From assembly GCA_964613055.1 (NCBI GenBank), contig CAZTGD010000005.1, positions 11,555 through 75,554 of the forward strand: a DNA stretch of 64,000 nucleotides, read 5' to 3'. The stretch comes from an uncultured Caldisericales bacterium. Lineage in GTDB: Bacteria > Caldisericota > Caldisericia > JAAYUI01. Shown here piece after piece: positions 1-9,839 of the stretch (within the stretch, counting starts at the first letter, position 1; each line of letters starts with the position of its first letter). Both the position numbers and the translations under genes were made by a program. The notes below the pieces were generated by a model. It was given only the letters and a program-made list of their open reading frames with translations. It searched no databases and was not told the DNA's origin.

Positions 1-282
1 TTTTAAACCAGCGTTTACGAGGTAATCATGAATCATTTCAGCTTCTGCGATCAAACCTCTGCAGAAGGCTATCCCGATGTGACTCCATTCCATTTTTCTG
101 GTAAAAATGATGATTTCCTCAAGCCTTGTGCGCTTTGAATGATAGGTTACTTCGATATCCGCTGAAACCCTGTGGATGTTACCAATAAAACCCTCATCGT
201 ATTGTTTGATAGACTCTTCCTTGAATTCGATCCCAATTGTGCAGTTGAAGCAATCCTTTGATACACATTTGATGCAGTTCAT
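1..282 (-). CDS. DUF1847-like metal-binding protein, partial (3' end outside window)
   Basis: Manual translation from ATG at 282: MNCIKCVSKDCFNC...TRLEEIIIFTRKMEWSHIGIAFCRGLIAEA. The N-terminal Cys cluster and TRLEEI..F.....IGIAFC.GL match DUF1847. SD AAGGAG upstream. Not in the ORF track. Confidence 0.75.
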   Translation of the reverse strand, partial: MNCIKCVSKDCFNCTIGIEFKEESIKQYDEGFIGNIHRVSADIEVTYHSKRTRLEEIIIFTRKMEWSHIGIAFCRGLIAEAEMIHDYLVNAGLK

Positions 283-483
283 ATTTGCTCCTTTCGATAA
301 TAAGTGTAGTAACAGAATATCAATTTGCAACATTAAATAAGATTCATATAGATAATACATAATGTTGAAATGGTTTTTGTTAGAAGTAGAAAATATCAAC
401 TTTATTGCATATATTTATGAATTACAGTATAATGTGATGCTTCTAGTCATACCAATGACTGGAGAAATATCATCAATCGGAGG

Positions 484-906
484 ATGGCAATGTCAGATTT
501 CAAGGTAGAAGCGAGATATGATAAGGAGAAGAATATATCATTCATTAGGTTTGTCAACTCACCACAAACAAAGGAAGATGTTGAATATGCTGTAGAACAG
601 TTCTTACCCGTATGGAAAGGGGATGGTATACATAAAAGTTGGAATATAACGGATACAAGCGGCATTGGTATGGCAAAACCAAAGCTGGTAATATACTATA
701 ACAAACTTTCTAAATTCTATATCAATAAGTATCTTGAGGATTATACAGTTATCGCTAACTCAACACTGGAAAAAGTTGCCACAAGGCTGTTCAATGTATT
801 TATGGGTGAAAGACATCCGGTTGTTGGAACCATGAATGAAGCAATTAGAGTTATTGAGGATTGGCAGAAGGAAAAGGGTGTGTTGGCTTCAAAAATAGAA
901 GATTGA
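484..906 (+). CDS. hypothetical protein (possibly STAS/SEC14-like fold)
   Basis: 140 aa ORF with AGG upstream. No firm motif; the fold guess is weak. Confidence 0.6.
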   Translation: MAMSDFKVEARYDKEKNISFIRFVNSPQTKEDVEYAVEQFLPVWKGDGIHKSWNITDTSGIGMAKPKLVIYYNKLSKFYINKYLEDYTVIANSTLEKVATRLFNVFMGERHPVVGTMNEAIRVIEDWQKEKGVLASKIED

Positions 907-965
907 TTACAAGTGCGAATATAGAAGGTTTTGCCTGAGTGATATTAGTTATGTCTAGATCCGGT

Positions 966-1418
966 TTATTTGACTAATACGAGTGAATCTTCATAGTTTC
1001 TCACGCTGAGTTTCTTGCTTCTTTTTGATAAGCCAGTCCAGATTTGATGGCCTTCGGATTCCAGTAATACCTTCTGCAAGTCTGGAGCACCGGGGAACTT
1101 GTCAGATAACAAACCATCTTTCTTCAAAACCCTCCACCAAGGGAAGACCTCCTCAGCATACTCTCGATTTTCCTCGCTTGCACCAGCTATGATATTGAGA
1201 AAGATTCCAGTTACCATTGGGCAGGTATAGTCCGCACTAAATTTCTTAGAAAGTAGGTCGCGTATCTGGTTTACAGTGATCAACTCCCCTTTCTTTGGTA
1301 TTCTTAGCGCTTCTGCTACATCCATGGGAGTTGGGATGAGAAGCATCCCATTTTCTGTTTGTTTTACTTCACGCTTACGAGGCGTATAAAGTTGTTCTCT
1401 TTTAGTTTTTCTTGCCAT
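966..1418 (-). CDS. MGMT/ATL-family alkylated-DNA-binding protein
   Basis: PWWRV motif (ATL-type, Trp in place of the catalytic Cys of PCHRV) and the preceding helix-turn-helix-like segment. Confidence 0.7.
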   Translation of the reverse strand: MARKTKREQLYTPRKREVKQTENGMLLIPTPMDVAEALRIPKKGELITVNQIRDLLSKKFSADYTCPMVTGIFLNIIAGASEENREYAEEVFPWWRVLKKDGLLSDKFPGAPDLQKVLLESEGHQIWTGLSKRSKKLSVRNYEDSLVLVK

Positions 1419-1451
1419 GATGTCTCTCCGATCTTTACATAATCGATAAGT

Positions 1452-1697
1452 TTATTTCTCCTCCTTCCATGCAGGAAGTTTAGCCATCATCTTGACTGCC
1501 ATTGTATTGGCTACTTCTCTATCCAAACCTTGTGATTGAACAATAAATTGAGTCATCCCATTGAGTACCTCATCATAACTCTTCATTGTTCCGTCTTCTC
1601 TGGCACAATGAACACAGTAATCCTTTGATTCATCACCTTCTGGGAAATCCTCACTTTTATCCATGGGCATGCCACAAGCTATACACATCTTTACCAT
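1452..1697 (-). CDS. zinc-ribbon domain protein
   Basis: CIACGMP...YCVHC...G motifs and C-terminal LPAWK, typical of the putative zinc ribbon family. Confidence 0.8.
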   Translation of the reverse strand: MVKMCIACGMPMDKSEDFPEGDESKDYCVHCAREDGTMKSYDEVLNGMTQFIVQSQGLDREVANTMAVKMMAKLPAWKEEK

Positions 1698-1700
1698 AAG

Positions 1701-2336
1701 TCAGCTCCTTTCAAGTTTTATCAGGCTTATGAAATGATTCAGCAGTTTTTTACCTTTATTTTCAATCAATGACCCATCTGGGCAAAACAGATGTCTTTGA
1801 GCAAGGTAGTGGTGAAGTAAACCGATCCATGTGTTGAAAAGAAGATCCATGGGCATGTTTTTAATCTTGCCAGATTTCACTTCTTTCTGTACTGCAATGT
1901 TGAGTGTTTGTGAAATGGCTGATTGAATTGAGATGATTACTAACTCAACTTCGTCTGGCAGATTAGACTGCTCAGAGATCATACGGTAATAGATGTCCTC
2001 ATATTCAGCTAGAACCTTCAGATGAGCGTTAAGCACTTCATAAACGCCCATACCTGAATCCGTCAATTCCCTCATTCTGTACGTTGCCTGTCTACCAAAT
2101 TCACCCAGAACCTCAGCAAATAAGTCGTTCTTTGTTTTAAAATGAAGGAACACAGTACCGTGTGATACACCTGCAATCCGAGCAATATCGAGAGTTTTTG
2201 TCCCAACGAACCCATTCTTGCGGAAATTCTTTATTGCTGAATCCACTAGCTTCTTGTGGGTTACCCTCTTTGTTTCTTTTCTTGTTTTGGTTGCCGTTTT
2301 CATAACTGAGTCATAGCTCACTGAGTTATTACTCAT
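1701..2336 (-). CDS. TetR/AcrR family transcriptional regulator (true start may be ATG 2303)
   Basis: N-terminal HTH: A...F...GF..TKTLDIARIAGVSHGTVFLHFKTK.DLF. Confidence 0.9.
   Translation of the reverse strand: MSNNSVSYDSVMKTATKTRKETKRVTHKKLVDSAIKNFRKNGFVGTKTLDIARIAGVSHGTVFLHFKTKNDLFAEVLGEFGRQATYRMRELTDSGMGVYEVLNAHLKVLAEYEDIYYRMISEQSNLPDEVELVIISIQSAISQTLNIAVQKEVKSGKIKNMPMDLLFNTWIGLLHHYLAQRHLFCPDGSLIENKGKKLLNHFISLIKLERS
2302..2329. promoter_or_regulatory. candidate TetR operator, imperfect inverted repeat
   Basis: A-TAACTGAGTCA-TAGC-TCACTGAGTTA-T; 9 of 11 arm positions complementary; sits at the 5' end of the TetR gene. Confidence 0.5.
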
Positions 2337-2372
2337 AATACAAATTCAGCACAGTATATCAAGTGTGTACTG

Positions 2373-2400
2373 TTGACATAACACCAACTACCAATAGAAT
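2373..2400 (+). promoter_or_regulatory. sigma70-type promoter for tRNA-Val/hppA
   Basis: TTGACA-N16-TAGAAT, ending 12 nt before the tRNA. Confidence 0.7.
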
Positions 2401-2412
2401 AAATCAACAGTC

Positions 2413-2487
2413 GGGCGGGTGGCTCAGTGGTAGAGCATTTCCTTCACACGGAAGGGGTCGCAGGTTCGAATCCTGTCTCGCCCACCA
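2413..2487 (+). tRNA. trnV: tRNA-Val(CAC)
   Basis: Cloverleaf: acceptor GGGCGGG/CTCGCCC, D arm GCTC/GAGC, anticodon loop TTCACAC, T loop TTCGAAT, encoded CCA. Confidence 0.95.
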
Positions 2488-2519
2488 TTTATAAGAAGAC
2501 TTAGAATTAGGGGTGCAGT

Positions 2520-4511
2520 GTGCCTGTCTACTTGGTGCCGATAATCGGCGGTGTTGGTCTGCTTGTAGCTTTAGTGTTTGCAATATCTGTTGCCAGAAGT
2601 GATCCTGGTAGCAATAAGGTGATTGAGATTGCCTCTGCGATAAGAACTGGTGCATTCACATTCCTGGTCAAGGAATACCAGTATATGATTGTAGCCTCTA
2701 TCCCATTCGGGATTGCTATAGGCACAATTGTAGGTATGTGGTCGCTAGTAGCTTTTGTATGTGGCGCTTTGTTCTCTATTACAGCAGGATTTATTGGAAT
2801 GAATATTGCGACCTTGGCAAACAATCGGACAGCCCAATCAGCAAACAAGCACGGTATCTCGAAAGCACTGGATGTTGCATACTCTGGTGGCGCTGTGATG
2901 GGATTGATTGTGTCATCGTTGGGTATTATCGGAGTGTCTGTTCTATTTCTGTTATTCAGGAATGTTGCTGATCTTGATACTCTTCGAGGTGTGTTGGTTG
3001 GATTCTCGGTTGGTGCATCGTTTGTTGCTCTCTTTGCTCGTGTCGGTGGAGGGATATTTACCAAAGCCGCAGATGTTGGTGCCGATCTGGTTGGAAAGGT
3101 TGAAGCTGGCATCCCCGAAGACGATCCCAGGAACCCAGCGGTCATAGCCGATAATGTCGGTGATAATGTCGGTGATGTGGCAGGAATGGGTGCAGATCTG
3201 TATGAGTCTTATGTGGGAGCTATTGTATCAGCTATTATTCTTTCAGTGGTGACTGTTGTAAAGATTGAACAGATTCACATGGTATTGCTATTGATAGCGG
3301 GTGGCTTGCTGGCATCCATAATGGGGATCATTGTTGTAAAGCTTGGAATCAGAAGTGGCAAGATGAGTCCTTCGATGGGTCTCAATCTTGGCACGATAGT
3401 GGCTGGTTTCCTCTCCCTTGGGATCCAACTGTATCTTTCCTTGACAATAACGGGTCAGATCAATTACTTCATTGCCACGGCTGGAGGTTTGCTGGCTGGA
3501 ATAATGATTGGTATTGCGACAACATACTACACATCATCAAAACCAATAAGATATATCGCCAAGCAGAGTCAAGGTGGACCAGCGACAAATATTATATCCG
3601 GAATGGCAACTGGTATGGAGTCAGTTGTTATTCCACTTCTGATCATCGCCGGAGCCATTGTGTTAGCATACTCTTTTGCTGGTGTGTTTGGCATAGCTCT
3701 TGCCGGCATTGGTATGCTGTCAACCCTTGCAGTGACACTAACTGTTGATGCTTATGGGCCCATAGCAGATAATGCAGGTGGAATTGCTCAGATGAGTGGC
3801 ATGGATTCAAAGGTAAGGGGAATAACTGACAAACTTGATTCACTAGGCAACACGACAGCGGCAATGGGAAAAGGTTTTGCAATCGGATCCGCTGCACTCA
3901 CTGCCCTAGCTTTCTTTGTTGCCTATAGCACTAACCTTGATCTATCATCACTCAATCTCTTGAATCCCGCAGTCCTGTCGGGTGCCTTTATTGGTGTTGC
4001 CATGCCAGCATTGTTTTCTGCTTTGACAATGCGTTCTGTTGGAGAGACAGCCAATTTGGTTGTTAAGGAGGTCAGAAGGCAGTTTAAAGAAAAAGTTGGT
4101 TTGTTATCTGGCAAGACGAAGCCCGATTACAAGAGTACTGTCGGAATAGCCACGTCCGGCGCTCTCAAAGAGATGATACTCCCTTCCATCCTAATGGTAG
4201 CTACACCATTTACGGTCTTTTATATCTTTGGAGAATCTGGTAAACTAGCTCTTGGCGGTATGCTTGCAGGTGCGACACTCACAGGAGTGTTGCTTGCGAT
4301 ATTTATGGCAAACTCTGGTGGTGCCTGGGATAACGCTAAGAAATATGTTGAAGAGGGATATCTAGGTGGAAAGGGATCGCGTGTGCATAAGGCGACTGTA
4401 GTTGGAGATACTGTTGGAGACCCGTTGAAGGATACTACAGGACCTTCGATAAACATCCTGATCAAACTGATGTCGGTGATATCGTTGCTGTTTATACCGT
4501 TTCTTTTGTAA
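2520..4511 (+). CDS. hppA: membrane-bound Na+/H+-translocating pyrophosphatase, K+-dependent type
   Basis: DVGADLVGKVEAGIPEDDPRNP, DNVGDNVGD and GDTVGDPLKD motifs. GNTTAA (Ala) marks the K+-dependent class. Confidence 0.95.
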   Translation: MPVYLVPIIGGVGLLVALVFAISVARSDPGSNKVIEIASAIRTGAFTFLVKEYQYMIVASIPFGIAIGTIVGMWSLVAFVCGALFSITAGFIGMNIATLANNRTAQSANKHGISKALDVAYSGGAVMGLIVSSLGIIGVSVLFLLFRNVADLDTLRGVLVGFSVGASFVALFARVGGGIFTKAADVGADLVGKVEAGIPEDDPRNPAVIADNVGDNVGDVAGMGADLYESYVGAIVSAIILSVVTVVKIEQIHMVLLLIAGGLLASIMGIIVVKLGIRSGKMSPSMGLNLGTIVAGFLSLGIQLYLSLTITGQINYFIATAGGLLAGIMIGIATTYYTSSKPIRYIAKQSQGGPATNIISGMATGMESVVIPLLIIAGAIVLAYSFAGVFGIALAGIGMLSTLAVTLTVDAYGPIADNAGGIAQMSGMDSKVRGITDKLDSLGNTTAAMGKGFAIGSAALTALAFFVAYSTNLDLSSLNLLNPAVLSGAFIGVAMPALFSALTMRSVGETANLVVKEVRRQFKEKVGLLSGKTKPDYKSTVGIATSGALKEMILPSILMVATPFTVFYIFGESGKLALGGMLAGATLTGVLLAIFMANSGGAWDNAKKYVEEGYLGGKGSRVHKATVVGDTVGDPLKDTTGPSINILIKLMSVISLLFIPFLL

Positions 4512-4514
4512 GAA

Positions 4515-5528
4515 TTGGAGGACAATATGAGAAGAATTGGAGTCGTTACATCTGGGGCTGACTGCCCAGGTCTCAATGCCGCGATAAGGGCGGTAGCAAG
4601 AAAGGGTTTTGAGCTTGGATATGAAGTAATCGGTGTCAGGAATGGTTGGAAAGGATTGATAGAGGATGATGTCTATGTCATGCATAAAAGGCATGTTTCA
4701 GGCATACTGTTTCTTGGTGGTACTATCCTCGGTTCCGGTAGATTCGATCCTTTTAGCTCTGAAAAGGAGTTTGGGCGTTTTCAGAAAAACTTCAACAAGT
4801 ATTCACTGACATCACTCGTTGTAATCGGTGGATTCACATCCTTGAGGATTGCTTCAAGATTGAATGAAGCAGGTTATGCTTCTGTGGGTGTACCTTCTAC
4901 CATAGATAACGATGTTGCGTGTACAGAATCGTGCATCGGTTTTGATACGGCATGTAATTTTGTATCGCATTCCCTTGACCGATTGCATGCCACTGCATCC
5001 TCTCATCACCGAGTCATGGTCGTAGAAGTGATGGGAGGTGGTTCTGGCTGGATAGCCTTGATGGGTGGTTTGGCTGGTGGAGCAGATTATATCGTAACCC
5101 CTGAAAGACACACCTCCTTCAATGACATTGTAAATCATATTGAGCACAGAAGATCATCGGGAAAGAACTTTTCTATCATTGTTATAACTGACACTGCTCA
5201 GGTTGATGGAATGCCATTCAAACCAGGTGACACCCCACAGACTGGTGTTGGTGCAACACTTGCCAACGAGATAGAAAAGCGTGCAGGTATAGACTCCCGC
5301 TATACCGTTCTAGGTCATCTTCAACGAGGTGGAACACCTTCTGTAGTGGATAGGGTGCTGGCAACAAGATTCGGTTATGAAGCAGTAGAACTCTTGAAAA
5401 GGGGAGAAGTTGGTAAAATGACTGCCATTAAGGCAGGCCTTGTAGTTCCAGCCGACATGGATATAGCAACAAGAGAGCGAAGACGTCCACCAGCAAAACT
5501 GTTTGAGTACGCTCAGTTATTTTACTAA
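4515..5528 (+). CDS. pfkA: 6-phosphofructokinase family protein with atypical active-site motifs
   Basis: TSGADCPGLN, GGTILGSGR, TIDND and LGHLQRGG are present, but GGD(G/D) reads GGFT and MGR reads MGG. Confidence 0.85.
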   Translation: MEDNMRRIGVVTSGADCPGLNAAIRAVARKGFELGYEVIGVRNGWKGLIEDDVYVMHKRHVSGILFLGGTILGSGRFDPFSSEKEFGRFQKNFNKYSLTSLVVIGGFTSLRIASRLNEAGYASVGVPSTIDNDVACTESCIGFDTACNFVSHSLDRLHATASSHHRVMVVEVMGGGSGWIALMGGLAGGADYIVTPERHTSFNDIVNHIEHRRSSGKNFSIIVITDTAQVDGMPFKPGDTPQTGVGATLANEIEKRAGIDSRYTVLGHLQRGGTPSVVDRVLATRFGYEAVELLKRGEVGKMTAIKAGLVVPADMDIATRERRRPPAKLFEYAQLFY

Positions 5529-5802
5529 ACATATAGAGGATTAATTATACCAGTTGTGTCGGTGTTGATCCTTTCAACGTTTGTACTATGTACTAATGTT
5601 GCTACTAACATGTAGTCTTCGATTCTATGTGATTAGTTTCGTTGTTTTTCAACTAGGTACAGGTACTTGTGATTTGGTTGACTAGCGTTTGGTATCTAAT
5701 CTTGCAAAATTTAGAAAACAATATATATTACTAAATGAAGATAACTTCTTCAGGATATCTGTGATCATTTTGACAGATTTCAACAAGGATCGTGCAAAGG
5801 AG

Positions 5803-8800
5803 ATGCCAATTAAAGATAACATTCGCATAGACTCTAGATTCTCGCTGAAGTATCTGCTTGGAAGTGGTGGAATGGGAAGAGTGTATCTTGCCACTGATTC
5901 AGAGAATGGTAACGACGTAGCGATAAAGTTCCTATCTGCAGATAACCAGAATGCAAACAAGAGGTTTTCTCGTGAGATTGAAACACTATCTGAAATAAAT
6001 CATAAATCTGTAGTTCAATACATATGTAGTGGTTCAACCGATGATGGATACTGGTATGCAATGGATCATATCCCAGGACCAAATATAACAGATTGGTTCA
6101 GATCAAAAGGAATACTCGATTATCCATTACTTTCTGAAACGATGAGTCATATTGCCTCTGCTCTTTCTGTTGTTCATGAGAAGGGTGTTGTTCATCGTGA
6201 TGTAAAACCAGATAACATACTGATGAATGGTGATCTGCCCGTGCTGGTCGACTTCGGGATCGTGCATCTTCAATCTTCAACCCAATCAACCAAACTCACT
6301 CACGAAGGCTCTATTGTAGGTACAGCCATGTACATGTCCCCTGAGCAAGTAATGGGAGGTATTATTGATGGTCGATCTGATCTCTACTCACTGGGCACTA
6401 TTCTCTATGAAATCCTCACTTCTTGTCACCCTTTCCCAGCTGAAAATTTTCCTAGATTAGTGTCAAAAATATTACGAGAAAGACCGACAAGGCCATCCGC
6501 ACATAATCCTGGTATTCCCAAAGCACTTGAGCAAATAACCGTTAGGCTGTTGGAGAAAAACCCGGATCTGAGATATGACTCAGCCGAACAACTGGTGGAG
6601 TCATTGAACAGATTTATTCATGGAGGAGAGGTATCTAAATCAAAAAACCAATCACCCATGAAGGCTTATGAAACAAAGACTATTCCTTTTGTCGGTAGAA
6701 CTGATCAACTTGAAAAACTTAAGACTTTGTTTGATTCGGCGACTATTGGTAATGGCGGATTAGCGGTTATTACTGGAGAATCCGGATTAGGCAAATCAAG
6801 ACTTTTATCCGAGTATAAGATGATGGTCTTGGGGGGTTTTGGAAGATTCCTTGAATGCCAGAAAGCCGGTGATAGTTCCGTAAGACCTGCTATTTCGTCA
6901 GTGCTTAATCAACTTGCTGACTATGAAATTGCGTATAACCCCGACTTCATAAAAAAACATTCACACATGATTCGAAGCCTGTCACCCAAATTTGCAAATG
7001 CCATAGGGATCGTGAGTAACCCGCCCAATATCTCAGATGATGATATGATCCCAAAGGTTATTGCTCAGATACTATGTGAGTCATTTCCAGAGATACCAGT
7101 GGTTATTGCATTTGAAGATAGGTTAGACAACATAACAGAGAAAATTATTCATGAGTGTGCAAGAAAATCGATCGATTCAAAAGTGATAGTGTGCTGTCAA
7201 TCTGAGGCAGATATCCCAGAGTTTCTCAATGGTATAAAGAGAGTTAGTCATATTGAATTACAACCGTTTGATGTTGATGATATTAATCAATTAGCAAAAA
7301 GCATAATAGGGAGAGATCTAACAACTGGAGAGGGTGAGAAGATCATCAAAACCTCGGGAGGTAAACCCGGTATAGCAATACATCTTATCTCAAGCATAAA
7401 ACCTTTTGATGAAACGATATCTCTGACGTCTGTACCCGAATATAGTCATCTATTGAACCAAAGGGTTGATGAATTAAGCAATTCTGCAAGGGAAATAATT
7501 TCAACACTCTCCCTATTTGACAAACCTATTCCACTTTCAATATTAAAACCAATATCTCGTCTTAAGAGCACAAATTTTCAAAAAGCGTTTGATTCTCTTG
7601 AAAGTGGCAATATGATCCAAGTATCAAATAAGGGGTTTGAACTATTTTGTAATATTATTTCAAAGGATGTAAGGGATTTTGTATATAATTCATTAACTGA
7701 AGAAAGATTTAGGGAATTAAATCAACTAATTGCCAGCACACTTTCTATCTATTACTCAAACAGTGATGATCCAGATGTTCTTGCAATGATTGGCAAACAC
7801 TATCATCTGGCTAAAAAGCAGGATGAGTATTGTAAGCATCTTGTTAAAGCTCTGGAGCAATTAGAACAAATCGACTACCTTTCCAGTGGTTTTCATTATG
7901 TTGAGAAACTTCAGGAACACATAGATGTTGTGGATAATACTTCAATACATAAGGTGCTTCAGTGGATTATTAAAGCGAAATCTAAAACAGGTGATCTGAC
8001 AAGTTTTGAGGAATGGGTGGATCGTTCAAATCAGATAATAATCAATCGTTCAATTGATGATGTTAGAAAATCAAAGCTTTTTCTTAACATCACTGAGGGA
8101 TACACACAGTTCATGAATCATCATAAAGCTGTAGTCTATATGCAAAAGGCTTATAAAAACAAGTACCTTTTTGACAATCGTACAAAACTACATCTGGAGA
8201 TCATGCAGGCTAGAATTTATATGTTGCAGTTAGATCTCGATAAAATGAGCATGGCAATCGGTGAGATTGAGCGACTCATCAATTTAATTGATGATGATGC
8301 GATGTTGCTAGATAAAATCCAGTTCTTCAGTATTAAAGGTATTTACCTCTTTGAAAAAGGTAATAGTGGAGAGTCAATTCGCGCGTTTAAAAAAGCCCTT
8401 CAGATATCAAAGGATATAAATCACAGAGAGAATATGCTTAGGGTTATGACTAATCTCGGGAATGCATATCATCGAGAGAGTGAATTTGACAAATCTCTTT
8501 ATTACAGAAATCAAGCCTATGAAATTGCAAAGGATATGGGGATAACTCAAATCCAAATCAAACTCATTTCTGCTTTGCTCGCAACATACACAAAGATTGG
8601 TGATGTAGACAGGTTGAGAAAGAAGATGATTGATTTTAAAGCTGTTCTGGATACAGTCCCGTTCAGCAATTATCATATTGGTTGGACAAGTCACTACACA
8701 CAACTGGTTTGTCTCGAGGAAAGGTTTGAGGATGCCAGTGAAGTAATACAACGTTACAAAAGGGAAACGATTGAAAAGAATCAACCTCACTTGCTCAGAG

Positions 8801-9426
8801 ATTTGCTTGAATACGAAGCCTTTGTGTGTTTCTTTTCTGGCAAGTACAAACGTTCATTCAAACTCTTCGAACAGATTGATAATTCTTATTTACTAATGGA
8901 AAATGAAAGCATTAAAGTGAAACATATGAATATTTTATTTACCATGGTAGGTCTAATGGATCTTCTCGATTTAGATGTAAGGACAGCAGAGAAACTATAC
9001 GCAGAAGCAGTCAAACTAGAAAAAATTTTTAACACTGAGCATAATCATTTCGAATTAATGCTTGCAGAGGCACATATAAACTATATGAAATCTCTCAAAA
9101 GCAACGCTTTTGGCTCAGACAACTTCATGTCAAGCCCTTGGAGAATTGCATATAACAACTTGCTTGAATTACAGAAGTATGCTGAAAGGGACGAATGTGT
9201 TATTACAATGATTCCAACATACTCAACTCACTTGTTTGCCAGACTGGTGTTAAGAAGGATGAAATATGATAGAAATCTGGATAGTATTGAGAAAAGACAG
9301 ATATTCGATCAAGCGGTTTCGAACATCGAATGGTTGATGAAAAGGTACAAAACATGCGGATTCAAGTTGTTAAGGGATGACATTATCGGTATCAACAATG
9401 AACTTATCATAGAAATGGGTAAGTAA
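5803..9426 (+). CDS. Ser/Thr protein kinase fused to AAA/STAND-type ATPase and TPR-like repeats
   Basis: LGSGGMGRVY, HRDVKPDN, DFG, GTAMYMSPEQ; FVGR..QL and Walker A GESGLGKS; helical C-terminus. The ORF is open from 5689; 5803 gives a typical kinase N-terminus. Confidence 0.9.
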   Translation: MPIKDNIRIDSRFSLKYLLGSGGMGRVYLATDSENGNDVAIKFLSADNQNANKRFSREIETLSEINHKSVVQYICSGSTDDGYWYAMDHIPGPNITDWFRSKGILDYPLLSETMSHIASALSVVHEKGVVHRDVKPDNILMNGDLPVLVDFGIVHLQSSTQSTKLTHEGSIVGTAMYMSPEQVMGGIIDGRSDLYSLGTILYEILTSCHPFPAENFPRLVSKILRERPTRPSAHNPGIPKALEQITVRLLEKNPDLRYDSAEQLVESLNRFIHGGEVSKSKNQSPMKAYETKTIPFVGRTDQLEKLKTLFDSATIGNGGLAVITGESGLGKSRLLSEYKMMVLGGFGRFLECQKAGDSSVRPAISSVLNQLADYEIAYNPDFIKKHSHMIRSLSPKFANAIGIVSNPPNISDDDMIPKVIAQILCESFPEIPVVIAFEDRLDNITEKIIHECARKSIDSKVIVCCQSEADIPEFLNGIKRVSHIELQPFDVDDINQLAKSIIGRDLTTGEGEKIIKTSGGKPGIAIHLISSIKPFDETISLTSVPEYSHLLNQRVDELSNSAREIISTLSLFDKPIPLSILKPISRLKSTNFQKAFDSLESGNMIQVSNKGFELFCNIISKDVRDFVYNSLTEERFRELNQLIASTLSIYYSNSDDPDVLAMIGKHYHLAKKQDEYCKHLVKALEQLEQIDYLSSGFHYVEKLQEHIDVVDNTSIHKVLQWIIKAKSKTGDLTSFEEWVDRSNQIIINRSIDDVRKSKLFLNITEGYTQFMNHHKAVVYMQKAYKNKYLFDNRTKLHLEIMQARIYMLQLDLDKMSMAIGEIERLINLIDDDAMLLDKIQFFSIKGIYLFEKGNSGESIRAFKKALQISKDINHRENMLRVMTNLGNAYHRESEFDKSLYYRNQAYEIAKDMGITQIQIKLISALLATYTKIGDVDRLRKKMIDFKAVLDTVPFSNYHIGWTSHYTQLVCLEERFEDASEVIQRYKRETIEKNQPHLLRDLLEYEAFVCFFSGKYKRSFKLFEQIDNSYLLMENESIKVKHMNILFTMVGLMDLLDLDVRTAEKLYAEAVKLEKIFNTEHNHFELMLAEAHINYMKSLKSNAFGSDNFMSSPWRIAYNNLLELQKYAERDECVITMIPTYSTHLFARLVLRRMKYDRNLDSIEKRQIFDQAVSNIEWLMKRYKTCGFKLLRDDIIGINNELIIEMGK

Positions 9427-9596
9427 AGATTGCAATGTTCCCTTAAAGGGCTAGAATATTTGTATTCATGAAAGGAGGTAGTAACACATCACCTTTCTTG
9501 TATGTAACTTGACAATCCATACATTGTGGCTGAACGGTGGTAGCTCCCCTGTGTTGAAAAATGAGTTAGTTAGACAAGCAAAGTTCGATTAGAACA

Positions 9597-9714
9597 TTAC
9601 TTCTGTCTTAGAGTTCGAATATGTTTACGGACGACTGTGCCGTCAGCTCTTACGTATTCATCGACTATAACTAGCTCCAAATTCAGTGATTTTAGATCAA
9701 GTTGTTTTGCTCAT
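9597..9714 (-). pseudogene. small ORF with one extra base after codon 3 (restored: MSKQLDLKSLNLELVIVDEYVRADGTVVRKHIRTLRQK)
   Basis: SD AGGAGGAGG 8 nt before ATG 9714. Frame 0 stops after 5 codons; the +1 frame is open to TAA at 9597. The span is 118 nt, i.e. 39 codons plus 1. Confidence 0.45.
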
Positions 9715-9763
9715 ATTAGCGCCTCCTCCTTACATGGGGGGGGTTAGCCACCTCCATCATGTA

Positions 9764-9792
9764 TTATAATACAGCCAATAAAGGTGTGCAAA
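9764..9792 (-). promoter_or_regulatory. sigma70-type promoter with overlapping palindrome
   Basis: Minus strand TTGCAC-N17-TATAAT. The perfect 14-bp palindrome TGTATTATAATACA (9760-9773) covers the -10 box. Confidence 0.55.
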
Positions 9793-9839
9793 TGCTAGTT
9801 TATCGGCACTTTGTATCCCAACTCTGTATTTATAGTTGT

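Noticed and set aside
2404-2655. 83-aa minus ORF containing WWARQDSNLRP
   Set aside because: Antisense translation of tRNA-Val.
2528-4694. Long antisense ORFs within hppA (and similar ones within feoB, lplA and the R-M genes)
   Set aside because: Shadow frames of well-supported genes, with no SD or motifs.
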